Source: Hormiphora californensis
Taxonomy: Eukaryota; Animalia; Ctenophora
Reading direction: 5' to 3'
NCBI GenBank assembly: GCA_020137815.1
Contig: CM035357.1
Span: 558,001-622,000 of the forward strand
DNA: 64,000 nt
The notes below the pieces were generated by a model. It was not told the origin of the DNA. It saw only the letters and a list, made by a program, of their open reading frames with translations, and did not search any database. Within the stretch, counting starts at the first letter, position 1; each line of letters begins with the position of its first letter. Both the position numbers and the translations under genes were made by a program. Positions 1-36,927 of the stretch are shown here, one piece after another.

Positions 1-75
1 TACGTTACCCCCTGTTGTTACCCCCATATTATTACCCCCTATTGTTAGCACTCTCTCTTTCCCACTCTCCAGAGA

Positions 76-22882
<22,807 letters not shown>

Positions 22883-23368
22883 TCAGGATGGATCACTGAA
22901 TCGGTTAGGATGCAGACGGAGTGAGGTGACTGTAATAAGGAAGTATTGCTGAGCAAAATGGTATGCCATGTTGAAATGGAGAAGAAGCACACAGATGGTA
23001 TCTGAGATATAACTGCTGAGACTCAGATAAACTGACGGTCACAGAGCGTGTTGCTAGTATTTATTTAATGTTATACTGTTTTTATTTTGTTGCAACACTA
23101 AATTTTCAGTCCTCTCATTTGTCTGGTGTTGTCAGTGCTACTGATAGGGCCCCGATAGGGCAACACGTTTACCGCACGTTTACCTAGTTTTCCTTTGTTA
23201 GCGGCGGTATTACGCCGCGCACCTCACACAATACTTTTAGCGCCGCGCCTCCGCAAGAATTTTCTGCCCGTGTTCTTTTATCGCGAACTTCTTCAAAACT
23301 TTTTGAAAACGGAGTTCAAACCCTAATTTTAAGTCTCTCAACCTCATCCCCTACTGTCAGAATAATCA

Positions 23369-26326
23369 ATGGCCAGCTACATGCAAGACTTACACAGCAG
23401 ATCTGGGACCGGTAAGTTTGTCTTAAATCCATCCTTTTTTCCGTCGACTCACCGCCATTTTCTTCCAGCGCCCAACCAAAACAGAGCTCGTTCCCGCTCG
23501 CCGAGGAGAAGAGGTGGACATACTGCGTTTGTGAAAAGTGCCTCACAGTACCAGCAACCACCGTCCCATTATACCCAGCCACCACCGCCAGGTCCACAGC
23601 AACCACCCCTCCCTCAGGAACCTTTTCCTGAACAATATCCTGAGGCTCAGACGTTAGACTCAGACGTTAGGCTCAGACGTTAGATAAACTGTTAGATAAA
23701 CTACGTATTACCTATGGTATCAAACTGACTGCGTTGGAATGGTTTCGATCCTATCTTACAGGTAGAATGACATCTGTGAATATCGGGGAAGAGAACTCTC
23801 CATCAATCGAAATTGATATTGGAGTGCCACAAGGGTCTATCCTTGGACCGATCTTGTTTATTATGTATACCCGAGAGCTCCAAGATATTGCAGGTATATA
23901 TGGCCTACAAGTTCACATGTATGCTGATGATACCCAACTCTATGTCAGCTTCAACAGAAAGGACCGAGACAGCATCTTTGAGAACGTCCAAAAATGCCTG
24001 CAACACATTAAATGGTGGATGAAGACGAACTACCTAAAACTGAATGCAGGTAAAACCGAGGTGCTTTTTATTAACAACAAGGCTGATAAGACACCGAACC
24101 CTCTGTCTATCCTCCTTCAAAAGAACGATGATCAGCCGACTGAACCATCCACAGAAGCTCGTAATTTAGGAATCTGGTTTGATCAAACCCTCTCAATGTC
24201 ATCACACGTATCCCGAGTTATACAGTCTTGTTGGAGTCAGCTGGCGAACCTGTGGAGGATTAGGAAGGGACTCTCTGTGGAACTAAAAACTCAGCTTGTT
24301 CATGCACTTGTCCATTCCAGGCTTGATTTTGGTAATGCATTGTTAGTAGGACTCTCAAAACGTGATCTACAAAGACTACAAAAGGTGCAGAACAGTGCTA
24401 CCAGATTCATCTATGGTTCAAAAGGTAGACGTGGTGTTACTGAGATGAGGATGAAACTTCACTTCTTGCCAGTTGAGCAAAGAATCGAGTTCAAAATCTG
24501 CCTCTTGGTCTACAAATGTCTTCATGGACTTATGCCTGAGTATCTCTCAGAAATGATTACACGCAGACAACCAAAGACCAGAAAAGTTCGTCTCGATGAG
24601 GACCTGACCCTATTGGAAAGACGCCATGACCACAAATATCTTAGTACACAGAAGGCTTTCAGTGTATGTGCTCCTAAGATATGGAACAAGCTGCCCAGGA
24701 ATCTAAGAGAAGCGACATCTCTCGAAATGTTCAAGACAATGTTGAAGTCTTACCTTTTCGCAATCGCCTATCCTGATTGTAAAAAAGCGCCTGGACCACT
24801 GAGGACGAAAACTAGAATTCTAAACCCTTCCTGTCCATAATGGATCCTAAACTGAATCTAAAGACAAGACCCAAAGGCAAGACCCAAAGACAAGGCATCA
24901 TCCATAATCACCACACTATATTATGTTATCATATTACTATTTTAATCTCAATCAATCAATCAATTTAATAATTTTTTAATCAATTTTCTATGCTTTTTAT
25001 TTTTTTAACTGTATCATCTCAACCTGACTCATGCACCCAGCCCTACGGGCGTCTTATTTATTTTATAACTCCTTTTTATCTTTACCGCATTTTCCCACCA
25101 TCACCCCTTTTTATATTTTATTTAGTTCAAACTGTTAGCATGCACATTGTCCCTCACTAAGCCCTTTTTATTTACATCTATATTTTATACCAATCAACTT
25201 ATTTCATTATCTAATCATCTTTTTACCCTAATTACTTATCTTTAATCAATTTAATCATAGTAAGCATTATTTATGGCTTTACTCTGGCTTTGAGATGGCC
25301 GCTATAGACGCGGTGAGAGTCTTAACGATAATCTCGGTGTTCTTTTAGTTATATCTATTAGTTCGAGTAATACGAGTAGTGGACTATCATATTTAACGCA
25401 TGATAGCGGGATATAAATGTTCGATATTATTATTATTATTATTATTATAGACTGGGTTAGTACTTTCTAAACAAATGATTGTGTTACGTTAACATAGATT
25501 AGTAAAGTAAATACCTCTAAAAATCGTAAACGATTGTAACCGTCCACTATTGTTTCAGATACGCAGGTGACGGTTACCAAGGTTACAACGGTTACTCGAA
25601 CGCCGCTCAGTATGCCTCCCACCCCGCTCCAGTCCAATACCCCTCCCACCACCAATACCCCTCAGCCTACCAAAGACCTGCTCCTCCCCAATACCACCAA
25701 CCCCAACAAACCTACTACACACAACAAGATCACCAGTACCAAGATATGAGGGGTTACAGGAACCCACCACCCCCCAGGAGAGAAGAAAAACCAGCTCAAC
25801 AGGGTGATTGGACGTGTACCAGGTGTCTGTTTAACAACTTTGCAAACAGGACGTCCTGCTACAAGTGCAGCATGGAAAAACCTGAGAATGCGCCCATGAC
25901 ACTTGATCTGAAGAAATGGGAGTGCGGGGATTGCTTTGCTATGAACCATGAAAAAAGGATGGACTGTTTCAAGTGCCAGAAAGCTAAACCACAAGATGCT
26001 AAAGAGTGTGATAATCTCAAAGATTGGGAATGTAGTAGTTGTAAGACGTATAACAATGCTCGTAGGACCAACTGTATCCGGTGTGATGGAGCGAGGCCGG
26101 GAAGGGAGAAGGAGTTGGAAGGCTAACCCAGATTGGAAGTGTGGAGGGTGTGGTATAATGAACTGGAGCTGGAGACCGGTGTGTTATAAATGTGGGGAGA
26201 GTGCTGATGGGGGGTCCTTTCCAACTGAGCCACCCGCTGATTGGGAATGTGGGCACGTGCGGGAAAAGTAACTGGGCGAGGAGAGATAAGTGTTACTCGT
26301 GCAGGGTACCCAAACAAAATAGTTAA
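23369..26326 (+). CDS. RanBP2-type zinc-finger protein (5 fingers) with a Q/Y/P-rich low-complexity N-terminus
   Basis: Exons 23369-23411, 23469-23652, 25559-26326, with matching phases. Fingers WTCTRC..N..CYKC, WECGDC..CFKC, WECSSC..CIRC, WKCGGC..CYKC and WECGTC..CYSC. Two apparent +1 frameshifts (~26119, ~26252) must be corrected to read fingers 4-5. Confidence 0.75.
23703..25449 (+). mobile_element. 5'-truncated CR1/L2-group LINE (C-terminal half of RT) in an intron
   Basis: ORF 23734-24840 has GVPQGSILGP, YADD, LKLNAGKT, SRLDFGN and LHFLP. Long AT-rich 3' UTR and an (ATT)n tail at ~25427-25448. Confidence 0.92.
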
Positions 26327-26796
26327 TTGAGAGATCTTTTTAGTTGATGATTGAGCGGACAATCAATTTGGTTGAAGAATGAATCAATTGCCTGACTATT
26401 CAGTAGCAGTTGTTGTAAGATGTGTTTCAGATGTGAAGTTGTAAGATGATGTTTCAGATGATGTGAAGTTGTTGTTGTCTAGTTTGTACCCTTCTTCGAT
26501 TTGAGAGAATTGAAAATGGGTGCAAACTGGACAAAGTTGTTGCGTTGTATGCCTATATCATTATTTCTTGTTTTTACAAGTGTGTGTTTTAATCTGCCCC
26601 GAGTATTTCCAGTACATCCAAGACCACGATTAATGCCGATATCTGCAGTACAAGCCCCCCAGAACTTTATTAATTGTTGTCAAGAACGGTACGAAACTGG
26701 GGGCCCCAGTTTCGACTTTCGTACCATTCTTGACGACAACCAATGACGTTCCCAGAATTCTAACCCAATATTCATTCCTAGCCTCTTCCAGTAACC

Positions 26797-29077
26797 ATGG
26801 CAACCACAACTTCACTTTCCAAACCCAAGTCTGAGCTGACGGAGGAGGAGCTGGCTAAGAAAGAAGAGGAGGAATTCAACACTGGACCTCTCTCTGTTCT
26901 CACCCAGAGTGTCAAGAATAACACTCAGGTAATGCAGAAATGAGAAACCGTCCTCACGGTGTCCTTTTTGAGGGGAGGGGGGGGGAAGACCATCCTATCC
27001 TGTTTTCGGGGGCTTATTATTTTCCTCGCGGTGTCCCATAAAACCGTCCTATTTGCCTTTTGGGGCCTTGTTATTTTCGGGGAGATGGTGCCTAATGCAA
27101 GCTGTACCGTGAATCAAGTGAATCTTATTGAATTGCGAGTCTCACAACATGTAGTGATTTGAGATGGAAGTATTTGGTTTTTCTCCAAACAAACAAAAAC
27201 ACACGATCTAACATTGCAAAAAAGGGTAAATTAAACAGGATGCGTCCATCACAAGTCTCTGTCTCAGCCGGCTGGTTCTCTTTGTCTGTTCAGCGATAAA
27301 ATCTGGGCCTCTCTCTCTGTCTGTAGAAAAGCGCTGTCTAACAGAGCTCTATCTGACAGCGCTTCTCTTAAAGAGTTCCATCACTCCAATAGGGCCACTA
27401 AGATGTTGTTGTTGTGGTATCATCTCCCTCGTTCTCATTTCCAGTAACATCATCCTCAGCTGCAGCAGGTGCATCAGCAGCAGCAGCACCACCAGATCCA
27501 GAGTTGTTTCCTCCTGAACCTCCCTTGTTTTGCCCGTCATTTCGTCTGGCACGTTTCTTGAGGGGCCTCATGTAACTGAAATAATATAGTGTTAGAAATT
27601 GAAATGAACCCCTTCATGATAGAGGGTGAGCGGGTGAGTGAAAGTTTGGGACTACTGTTTAGGAGACTGAGATTTACTTTTTGTGAGAAATAACGAACAG
27701 ACCAGCTTCCTCTGCATCTCCCAGGGCTGTGGATTCGTGGTCCTCCTCCTGGTGAAATAAAGGGGGTTAATAAGGAGTATCAGATTGGGTTCACACACAC
27801 TTTTTTAGTATAAAGTCTTAGTTGCAACAACAACCCTGATATAAAGGGGTCCAATGCACCAATTATCGATGTTATAATTAGCAACATTAGTGTAACAATT
27901 AGTAGTAAAAATTAGTAGTAACATTCACCTGGATAACAGCGGAGTTGCTGATGGAAAAGAGTAGTCCGATGGCTAGTACAAATAGTAACATGGCGTGTTG
28001 ATGGTAGTGGTTATAGGGGATGTGTAGTGTTTTGTTGGGGTATACTCTGAGAGAAATGGAATGGTTGCTACTGCTTTTATACCCCATCGAGGAGAGAGAG
28101 AGAGAGAGAGGGGGAATAGTGCGTTAGGGGAATTTCTCATGTTGAATCGGACCTTGATGCTAAAAAATAACAACTGAAAGAGTGAATGGAGATAGAGAGA
28201 AGGCGAATAGGAAAGAGAGAGTAAGAGAGAGTAAGAGAGAACAAGAGAGGGAGGGAGAGAGAGAGAGGGAGGGAGAGAAATATTCCATTAACATCACTAC
28301 TACGGTTCAACAAGTTTTATGGTGTATAGTACGCTTTTAGCGTTTAATCGTTAACCACTCAATGCCAGCTTAGTGAACGGGAGGGAGAGAAAAATAAATG
28401 GAGAGATAGAGAGAAAGATAGCTGGGGAGAGAGCATGTTATTTAGCCTAATCACGTGATTTGGTCTCACAGTGAAACTCTCACTGGATCTAAGAGTCTTT
28501 ACTCTTTACTGTACCACCAATTCTTCCGAACCCTCACAGAGTAGTTTGAGCTTTACAATACTGAACAGTGAACCTCTATACCTGTTATATACCTGTTATA
28601 CCTCTTCTCCAATTCCTTACTGAACCTGTACAGTGTGTTTGAACCTCCAACTCTTTTCGACAGGTGTTGATCAACTGCAGAAACAACAGGAAGCTCCTGT
28701 GTCGAGTGAAGGCATTTGACAGACATTGCAACATGCTGCTGGAAAATGTCAAGGAATTGTGGACAGAGACCCCTAAAACTGGGAAGGGAAAGAAGAAGGC
28801 CAAGCCTGTAAACAGGTATTAGATTCTTTAATTGACTATATCGAGGGAAATTATCCTCCCTGTAAATCGGCATTCTGGTTAATCGGGGGCCGTTAAGTCG
28901 GGGTCTGACTGTATATGTTTCAAACAGTTTGAAAAATAACCCCCCCCCCCGCCCCAACCCCCCAATACTTTTTCTAAAAAAAACTTATTTTTCAGGGACC
29001 GTTATATTCCCAAGCTGTTCCTGCGAGGTGACAGCGTTATCTTGGTACTGAGGAATCCCCGACTGGGCGGAAAGTAG
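26797..29077 (+). CDS. SNRPD2: Small nuclear ribonucleoprotein Sm D2
   Basis: Exons 26797-26928, 28664-28815, 28996-29077 give [36 protein letters not shown]|[35 protein letters not shown]...|[21 protein letters not shown]. Confidence 0.96.
27398..27991 (-). CDS. Small secreted peptide-precursor-like protein (103 aa), nested antisense in SNRPD2 intron 1
   Basis: Three phase-compatible exons 27991-27929, 27748-27678, 27575-27398 give [67 protein letters not shown]...DTTTTTS*. Signal-peptide-like N-terminus, Kozak gccATG and an upstream TATA. Confidence 0.7.
28071..28085 (-). promoter_or_regulatory. Extended TATA box GGGGTATAAAAGCAG
   Basis: ~80 nt upstream of ATG 27991. Identical to 4014-4028. 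Confidence 0.6.
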
Positions 29078-29365
29078 AGTGTGGACAGAATAGACTGTTT
29101 TATTTTGTTTTATTATGTCATAATATATCTCTCGAAGGTAGCTGCATACCCTTCAGCCTTCTTAAAATCAGACTGTTTTCATTTTGTCCCTTTGTCACAA
29201 TTTCCCATCATTGCGGTACTGTCGGTTTCATTGATGAATGGACTTCTCTCATAAATCACAAGTTGTAATTCACAGTTCACACCCCTGCTACATTCTGCAG
29301 AGTTGCCCCCATTCTGTCCCGTGTGTCAACCATTATCTAAACTCTATCCAGCCACAGTTTATGAT

Positions 29366-31327
29366 ATGTTTGGTGAGAAGGCGGTAGCATTAGTTAAAGA
29401 GGAGCACAGGACACCCTCTGAACAACTCCAACCCCTCAATGAGGATCTCATTAGACAGGTTTGTTATGTTCCAACCATCATTTACATTTGGGGCGCCTCG
29501 GTAAAAGTATTTGATTTAGGCCTAGAGTTCTATTTTTATTCTTGAGTCGCCTGACACTGTGATTTTTAGTTGGTTACGAAGTTACCCCTTGTCAGCGTGC
29601 GCGAAGGTCGGGGGATAATTCGTAACCAAGAGTTTTAGATTAAAAAGAAAGTGTGAACAATTCAAGTTTATTCCAGGTGCTAGCAGAGATGGGTGCACTA
29701 TGTGAGGCAAACAAGACTGATATTGATATCATGAGAACTGATGAGGGGGAGCATGAGAAAATGTTGCCAAGGTGAGAAAAATTTAGTTTAATTAAAGTGA
29801 GAGTGGACCGAATCAGAATTGGACAATTTTGTTGTAGGTAGTAGAGATTAGCTTTCTGAGCATTTTGAGTTTTTGTCGCTCAAAATCGACCCACCCATCA
29901 CTGAGGTATTTTTGTTATGTTGGGAGAACTCCTGTTTAATCAGTATGTATAAAACAGAATAGAAACAATCGTGGTGTTTTACTAACACATTCTGAATATA
30001 AGCAGTGAGGTTGACATGTCCATGCACAGAAGCAGGGCAATGCAAGCCAGCATATTAAAAATTTAAAGAATGTGTTAGTAAAACACACGGATTTTTTCTA
30101 TCCTGTTTGATAAATATTGATCCAGCAGAAATTCTCCCAACATAACAAAAATATCTCAGTGATGGGTGGGTCGATTTTGAGCGGCAAAAACGCAAAATGC
30201 TCAGAAAGCTAATCTCTACTACCTACAACAAACTTGTCCAATTCTGATCCGGTCCACTCTCACTTTAAATATTTAATTAACTATTTATTTAATTAAAACT
30301 AAACCCGATATATTCTGGTCCCAAGATTTCTTTTTTTCTATTAACCACCCCACCTCAGTTTCCTACTGCGACACTCAGCTCTGGAACACAACAGAAGGTG
30401 CACGTTAGCCTACCTGAAGGCAAGACTGGATAGAATTATTAGGTTTAGATGGGACCACGGGGCTGTACTACCTGAGGAGATACAAGTCAACCTACAGGAA
30501 CATGAGGTGAGAGGAGGGGATCAATATAATGTACCACAGTAGATAGCTGGAAAACTTATCAATGCCACCATTTCGATCAAAATGAATAAATCCGTTTGGA
30601 AGGGGGCTGTGTTTTGTGGGGATAGGCCAGCTGTGAAACTACATAACAATCTCTGATTTCAGAGGCTGTAACAATATGTTATCTGATTTCAGAAGCAATG
30701 GTTCAGCAAGTACAACAAGAACTTGGCGAACTATATGACGTCTCTACATGGCTTAGATCTAACTCAAAATACTGTCCCACCCAAATCACTTAAAATACAG
30801 GTCAGTGGTGTAACAGAGACAACGTTCTTTTGGCCTGTGAAATCGTGTAAATGTGTAATGTGTAAATTCCTTGGAATATTCCATCTTTGCAGTGCCTGCT
30901 GCAGTGCTGCTGCAGTAGTGGAAATTCCTTGGAATATTCCATCTCTGCAGTGCCTGCTGCAGTGCTGCTGCAGCAGTGGAAATTCCTTGGAATATTCCAT
31001 CTTTGCAGTGCCTGCTGCAGTGCTGCTGCAGTAGTGGAAATCGTGTAAATGTTTGGCCGAACCTAGAACTCACTAGAGTCTAGACGCCGGTTGAATGGTC
31101 CCAGTTTCAGAGATTTAGAGAAACAGTATAACAGTATAACACATATCCCGCATCAGTTCCTTCACACAGTGTCCCCCTCCCAGGTGCGATGTCTACAAGA
31201 ATATGGGGAGTTAGAAACAGAATCTGGGGAGATTGTGATGCTGACAATGAACTCTGAACACTACCTACCATTGTCAGAGTGTGAACCACTAATAAGACAG
31301 GGTGTTCTCCAGCATATGGGCAGTTGA
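29366..31327 (+). CDS. GINS1: GINS complex subunit Psf1
   Basis: Exons 29366-29458, 29677-29771, 30359-30506, 30693-30800, 31184-31327 give MFGEKAVALVKE...RHSALEHNRRCTLAYL..RLDRI..FRW..G...LDLT...PPKSLKIQVRCLQEYGELETESG...CEPLIRQGVLQH. Confidence 0.95.
29570..29629. mobile_element. TTGGTTACGAA mini-MITE with 9-bp TSD
   Basis: Flanks gatttttag / gagttttag. Confidence 0.75.
29796..30264. mobile_element. Palindromic MITE with TTAA TSD (Kolobok-like)
   Basis: ttaa|agtgagagtggaccg ... cggtccactctcact|ttaa with long inverted arms. A truncated copy starts at ~40514. Confidence 0.8.
30864..31040. repeat. 58-bp tandem repeat x3 in GINS1 intron 4
   Basis: Unit aaattccttggaatattccatctttgcagtgcctgctgcagtgctgctgcagtagtgg. 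Confidence 0.9.
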
Positions 31328-33051
31328 GGGAGGTAATTGGAATCTTGGAGAGGATCAAAACCAAATAATAATGCCTGAAGTATCTGGGTCTGAAAACGGA
31401 GATCTTCTGAATCTGTGACACAGTGTGCCAATGTCTCCCGCCACATTGTTTAGTGCGCGGAGGACGCGCAGACCTCAGTATGTTGAAAGTACACCGTGTC
31501 AGCAATTCAAACCATTCTTTGCCCGACCCTCTTTTGGTAGAAACACCCCTCGTGCTGGAAAGGATTCACGCTCCCCCTCGTTATTATGCAAATTATCTTC
31601 TTGTTCGTAGCACGGACACTGTCATGCGACTCAATGATGTTCAGGGTAACTTTCAACATTTGGACAGAGACTCTGAGCTTATTGGTTTTTAAAGAGTATT
31701 AATATTTATTACTTCACACAATACAATTACATTCCAAAATGTACAACTGAATTTCCTAGAGAAAGTGTTTCTCCCTTTTCCTAGTGTCTGTGTCCGAAAA
31801 TCTTCTCTTTCGCCTTTTTATACCATCTCTCCTGAAACGAAACGGGTGTTATCACATAATGTATTTACACTTTACAGCTAGGACAGATGTCAAAAGGAAT
31901 GGTTTTCTATTCAAAAGGAAAAGAAGAATGAAGTGAGAATAAAAATGGGCTGAGATGATCAGATTGCACTGTCATGGCCTGACATGGATTTCTTAGGTGA
32001 GTATTCAACAATGTTCCTTTAAACGTCTTTTCAAAGTTCGATAACTGTTGTTGAATCGCTTTCAGTTGGTTAAGTCGAATGGAGAACTTGAGTGAAACCA
32101 CCACGGACAGGGATTGAGAAAGTTCTACTGACCATCAAAATATCAAGGTAAAATCCACTTACCCCCCCCCCCCCCCATTATCCTTCTCAATTATCTTAAA
32201 GTTGTCACCTCCACCTCCAAATAACTCCCTCCAATTACCTTTCGTTTGTTGGGGCTGTCTTCATCATCACTAACATCGTCGACATCAGCAATTCTCTGAT
32301 TGGGTACTGCGTAATAGGTGCTCCCTCCCCCACTTCCCTTACTCTGTGGGGTGATGTGGGGTTAGGGGGTTAGATAGATGTGTATATAGAGGCCGAGGGG
32401 ATATATGGGGTTAGCTAGTTACTCTGAATGGATATATTATGTCGTGTTAGAGGGGATACATGTGGTTAGAGAGAGGATATTATCACGCATATAACCATTA
32501 TAGTCAGCGCCCAGGATCATCAAAGTGGTTAAATAATTAAACGTTTATCCGGATTTACACAACTCGCATCCATAACTCGCTGCGATTCTCACTCCACCTC
32601 TCACCCTTCTCACTCTGTCTATAGTAATGTGTGTAATTACATAATTACAGACACACACATTCTTCGAGGCAATCTCTCTCTCACATTATTCTCTGTACAT
32701 CTAGTCTCTCACTCAAACCAATCACTGAAATATCCAGGGGATTAACGATAATGGGTGCATGCAGAGAAGGCGAAAAATCCTACGTAAACCACCACACCCG
32801 GCGCAAGGGGGACGGGAACTGACCGGGAGTAGGTCACTGGGTATCAACGAGGGGGCTTCAGGAGGAACCACAGCAACCCAACCCTATCAACTTTACCTTG
32901 CCTAGCTCGACCCCCTTTAGGAGGGTCAGAACATAACAAACTCTACCTTGCCTAGCTCGACCCCCTTTAGGAGGGTCAGAACATAACAAACGAGTTCTGA
33001 TTGGTTGTTTACTTGTTTCGGTCGGTTCCTGGTTAGAACATAACAAACTTT

Positions 33052-33230
33052 ACCTTGGGTAATGGTGGTGCAACAACACTCAAACACATCCTACCTGGGG
33101 TAATGGTGGTGCAACACTCAAACACATCCTACCTGGGGTAATGGTGGTGCAACACTCAAACACATCCTACCTGTGGTAATGGTGGTGCAACACTCAAACA
33201 CATCCTACCTGTGGTAATGGTGGTGCAACA
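33052..33230 (-). repeat. 38-41-bp tandem array of exon end plus donor (gttgcaccaccattaccacag|gtaggatgtgtttgagt), ~5 copies
   Basis: The first copy in transcript direction is the donor at 33208. Confidence 0.8.
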
Positions 33231-33537
33231 ACTGTGGGACACATTCTTGAGGAGCAGGGCGTCTCTTTTTCTCTGGCCTCCGCTTTGAGTCGCAAATCTC
33301 TGAGTTTGTCCCGGGATTCGTTGGATGGCAATTGCTCTTTCTTGGCAACAATCACTGAACAGGAAATAGTAAAATTGTTAGACTTTGTTAGGACTTGATT
33401 TGACCAAACTATTTCTCTCTCTCTCTCTCTCTTTCTCCCCCTCTTGGGCACGTCGCGCCCCTCATGTTCGCGCGCCCCTCATGTTCGCGCGCCCGTAGGG
33501 CGATCCCCCCCACGGGGCTTGCCCGTTACGTGGGCAA

Positions 33538-33633
<96 letters not shown>

Positions 33634-33744
33634 ACCTGATCCACTCATGTTGGTCTGAGGTGTGTACATATTTGAAATTATTGAGTCAGCGTCCTCTCCT
33701 TCTGTGTACTCTTTCCATCGATCTAACAACGTCCCCTGGGACAC
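33209..33744 (-). CDS. Exons of an unidentified spliced gene (extent uncertain)
   Basis: An exon ending 33636 (..NMYTPQTNMSGS g|gtagg) joins in phase to exon 33354-33209 (VIVAKKEQLPSNESRDKLRDLRLKAEARE...PPLPQ|gtagg). Further candidate exons at ~32240-32340. No recognisable homology. Confidence 0.4.
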
Positions 33745-35314
33745 GGAGTATCAGTGTGCTCCTTTTTCTAGGTTGTCTTGTCAGGCCAATGCTCTGACAG
33801 AAAATGTCCCACCATTGATCATCAGAAAATACATGCACAGCGAAGATTGATGTTGATGCCTTTCTAATGATGTTCAAGCAGATTTTAATGCCTATTTGCT
33901 GTTTTCAATGCAAGTACATACTGGGTACGATGTCCCTCACCCTCCCTCCCGGGAAAGGAGAGATTCGCCCTATTCAGAAATGAAACATCGCACGTGACAA
34001 TCTATGAAAGAACAGTGCATGAGACAGAGACAGAGAGGGGGACCTCGTACCCAAGTGTAGATATTGTCTGAATGATAGTGAAAAAGTAAGCAACGCACAC
34101 AACAGCCAGCAAAAGAAATCTTGTCGATCTAATTAAATGAATTCACTTTGTTTTTCCCCCGAAATCGCGTGGTGTGAGAGAAGTTGAAAAGTCCAGATCT
34201 GCATGAACCACTGCCAGTGGTGCTCCGTCATATTGGCCACGTGAACAGTGTGGTTCAAATGGCGTCCAAAACACGCGAAAAATCATACATTGTTAGTTTT
34301 GGACTCTGGGAACGACGCATGGGGGCGCTGTGCAGATGCGTGTGGCCAATTTGACGGAGCACCTCTACTACTACTGCAGTAGCTGAGTAGTAGTGGTTCA
34401 ACACGCACTCTTTGTTCTCAGTGGTGCTCCGTCATATATCAGCTGTCCAGGAGGTCAGTATGACAGAGCACCACTGTATCTCTCAGCAGCTGAGTAGTAG
34501 TGGTTCAACACACTGTATCTCTCTCCCACCAGTACCTTTCGTTGAAGTACCTTATGTTCGTTACACTCCCCCGCTGCTGTTGTTCCACCTCCTGATGACG
34601 TCATAATTCCATTTACACAATAGATAACTCTATCTACTATATAGTATTATAGTTTACACAATGTATTGAGCTTCAAAGACAAAACCGGTGAAAAACGGCT
34701 CCAGAGAGGGAGGTTTGGAAAACAATAAAAATCAAAAAGAAATCGCAAAACCGATCAAAAAGAAATCGACCGTATGTCGGAGCAAGTATAATCGGGCATG
34801 TAAGCTAGAGATATCTAGAGCTAGACAGCGAGAGGGAGGGAGAAAGATACCCAAATAAAAGGCGAGAGGGAGGGAGAAAGATACCCAAATAAAAGGCGAG
34901 AGAGGGTTGTGAACCGTTCGATAATATCTATGTCAAGAGAGAAATTAGGTCACGTGACCTCTATCACGTGTTTTTATTCAGTGTTGCCAGCACAGGAACC
35001 CCTCGCGTGTGAGAGATAGGAATTACCTCTTTTACTGAAAGAGATAGTGAGTGGAAATGGTGGTGAGAAAGAAGAGAGAGAAGAGGAGAGAGAGAGAGAG
35101 AGTCAGAGAGAGAGAGAAAGAGAGAAGGGCGTGGGTCACAAGAGTAATTAACGGCCTATCACGTGGTAAGTGATTAAAGCTCATTATTCCTAATTTATCT
35201 CAGATCTACTGCAGAGGTCTGAGCCGAGAGAGTGAGATAGTGAGAGAGAGAGGAGAGAAGATCACACTCGGTGTGTGAGTGTGTTGGTATGTCTGAACAA
35301 CCGACTGAACAGGA

Positions 35315-35434
<120 letters not shown>

Positions 35435-35798
35435 CTCTCTCTCTCTCTCTCATCCTTTCGCTCTCTCTGATTGCACATCCTCCCGTCTCACTTCAGCTTC
35501 CCAATTTAATTGTGATTGCTTTGTCTGTTCGTCTATCTCTCGCAATTTGTCTACCTGTCTGTTCGTCTGTCTCTCGCAATTTGTCTAACTGTCTGTTCGT
35601 CTGTCTCTCTCACTTTGTCTGTCTGTCTGTTCGTCTGTCTGTCTGTTCGTCTGTCTCCCCCCCACCCCCCCCCCCCCGTCTGGTATATAACTCCATTTCA
35701 GACCTCTCAAACTTATTCTTTCAGGTAACACGAAATGTAGAGCAACTCTCGTGACGAACATGGAGGGTATGCAGTTCTGCTGGCTGAGAAACAAGAGG

Positions 35799-35917
35799 AT
35801 CGGAGCTGTGCTGGTTGTTACGAAAAACATTATGATCGGAGCTCTGCTGGTTGTTACGAAAAACATTATGAACGGAGCTCTGCTGGTTGTTACGAAAAAC
35901 ATTATGAACGGAGCTCT
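35799..35917. repeat. 39-bp tandem repeat x3
   Basis: Unit cggagctctgctggttgttacgaaaaacattatgaa. Confidence 0.85.
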
Positions 35918-36410
35918 CATCACTAGACTGTACCGAAATGCAGCGAACTCTATTTTTCTTTGATCGTCTGCTGAATAGTAGAAGTAGAAGGAGAGTTAAA
36001 TGATGTGAAGAACTCTCTTAGTGTGCTTAGCTTGTAACAGTAGTAATTATAGAGGAACACAAATACCTATTACAGAATGACCACACAAAGCCTTCGTCTA
36101 AAGGCCGGGGATTGACAGAGCGAGTACTGAGTAGTCAAGAGATGTCACAATTGCATTGGGCCAACTAGAACTAGAAAGTCGTTCTGAGCATATAATAGTT
36201 ATACTGGGTGTCGGGTGAAAATGTTACGTTGATCTGTTTAGTTTTCAAGTTTCTAATAAACTTCCGTTTCAACAAAACGATCCTATAATTTGTCTAAATA
36301 ACTGATGATTAGAAATGAATACAACTCAAGCTCATGCATGGCGAACTAATTTCAACCGACGGGATAACGCGGTCTTCTTTCTCTTGCTCTCTGTCACTCT
36401 CTCTCTCTCT

Positions 36411-36505
<95 letters not shown>

Positions 36506-36927
36506 TCTCAGACGAGTAAGAGTTGTAATCATGATAATCTATTCGCTAATGTTTCAGAATGCTCCCATTCTTGAAGAATCTTTCCGAAGACATCGCGTCG
36601 AATGAAAAGTCGCTCTCTCATCCCAGTCGATCACTTATCTTAAACCATGCTGTCGTTGTAGTTTCAATAACAACTGTGTACTTTTCATCTTTGCGCGCCA
36701 TTTTTCTTCCGCGCGTTAGATCTTTTCCCTTGATTTGCCACTCAGTTACACTTGTCCCACAACACACTAGCTTTGGGAAAAGGAAGAAAAATGACCCTTC
36801 ACAATGTAACATAAGAATATTTCTCCCACATAAACTATTTATAATACAAATCAGTTTTATCATCAGGAGCCGTGAACATAATTGCGAGCCCAGCATTATT
36901 GTCAGTTTCCGGTTTCCCATTTCAGTA

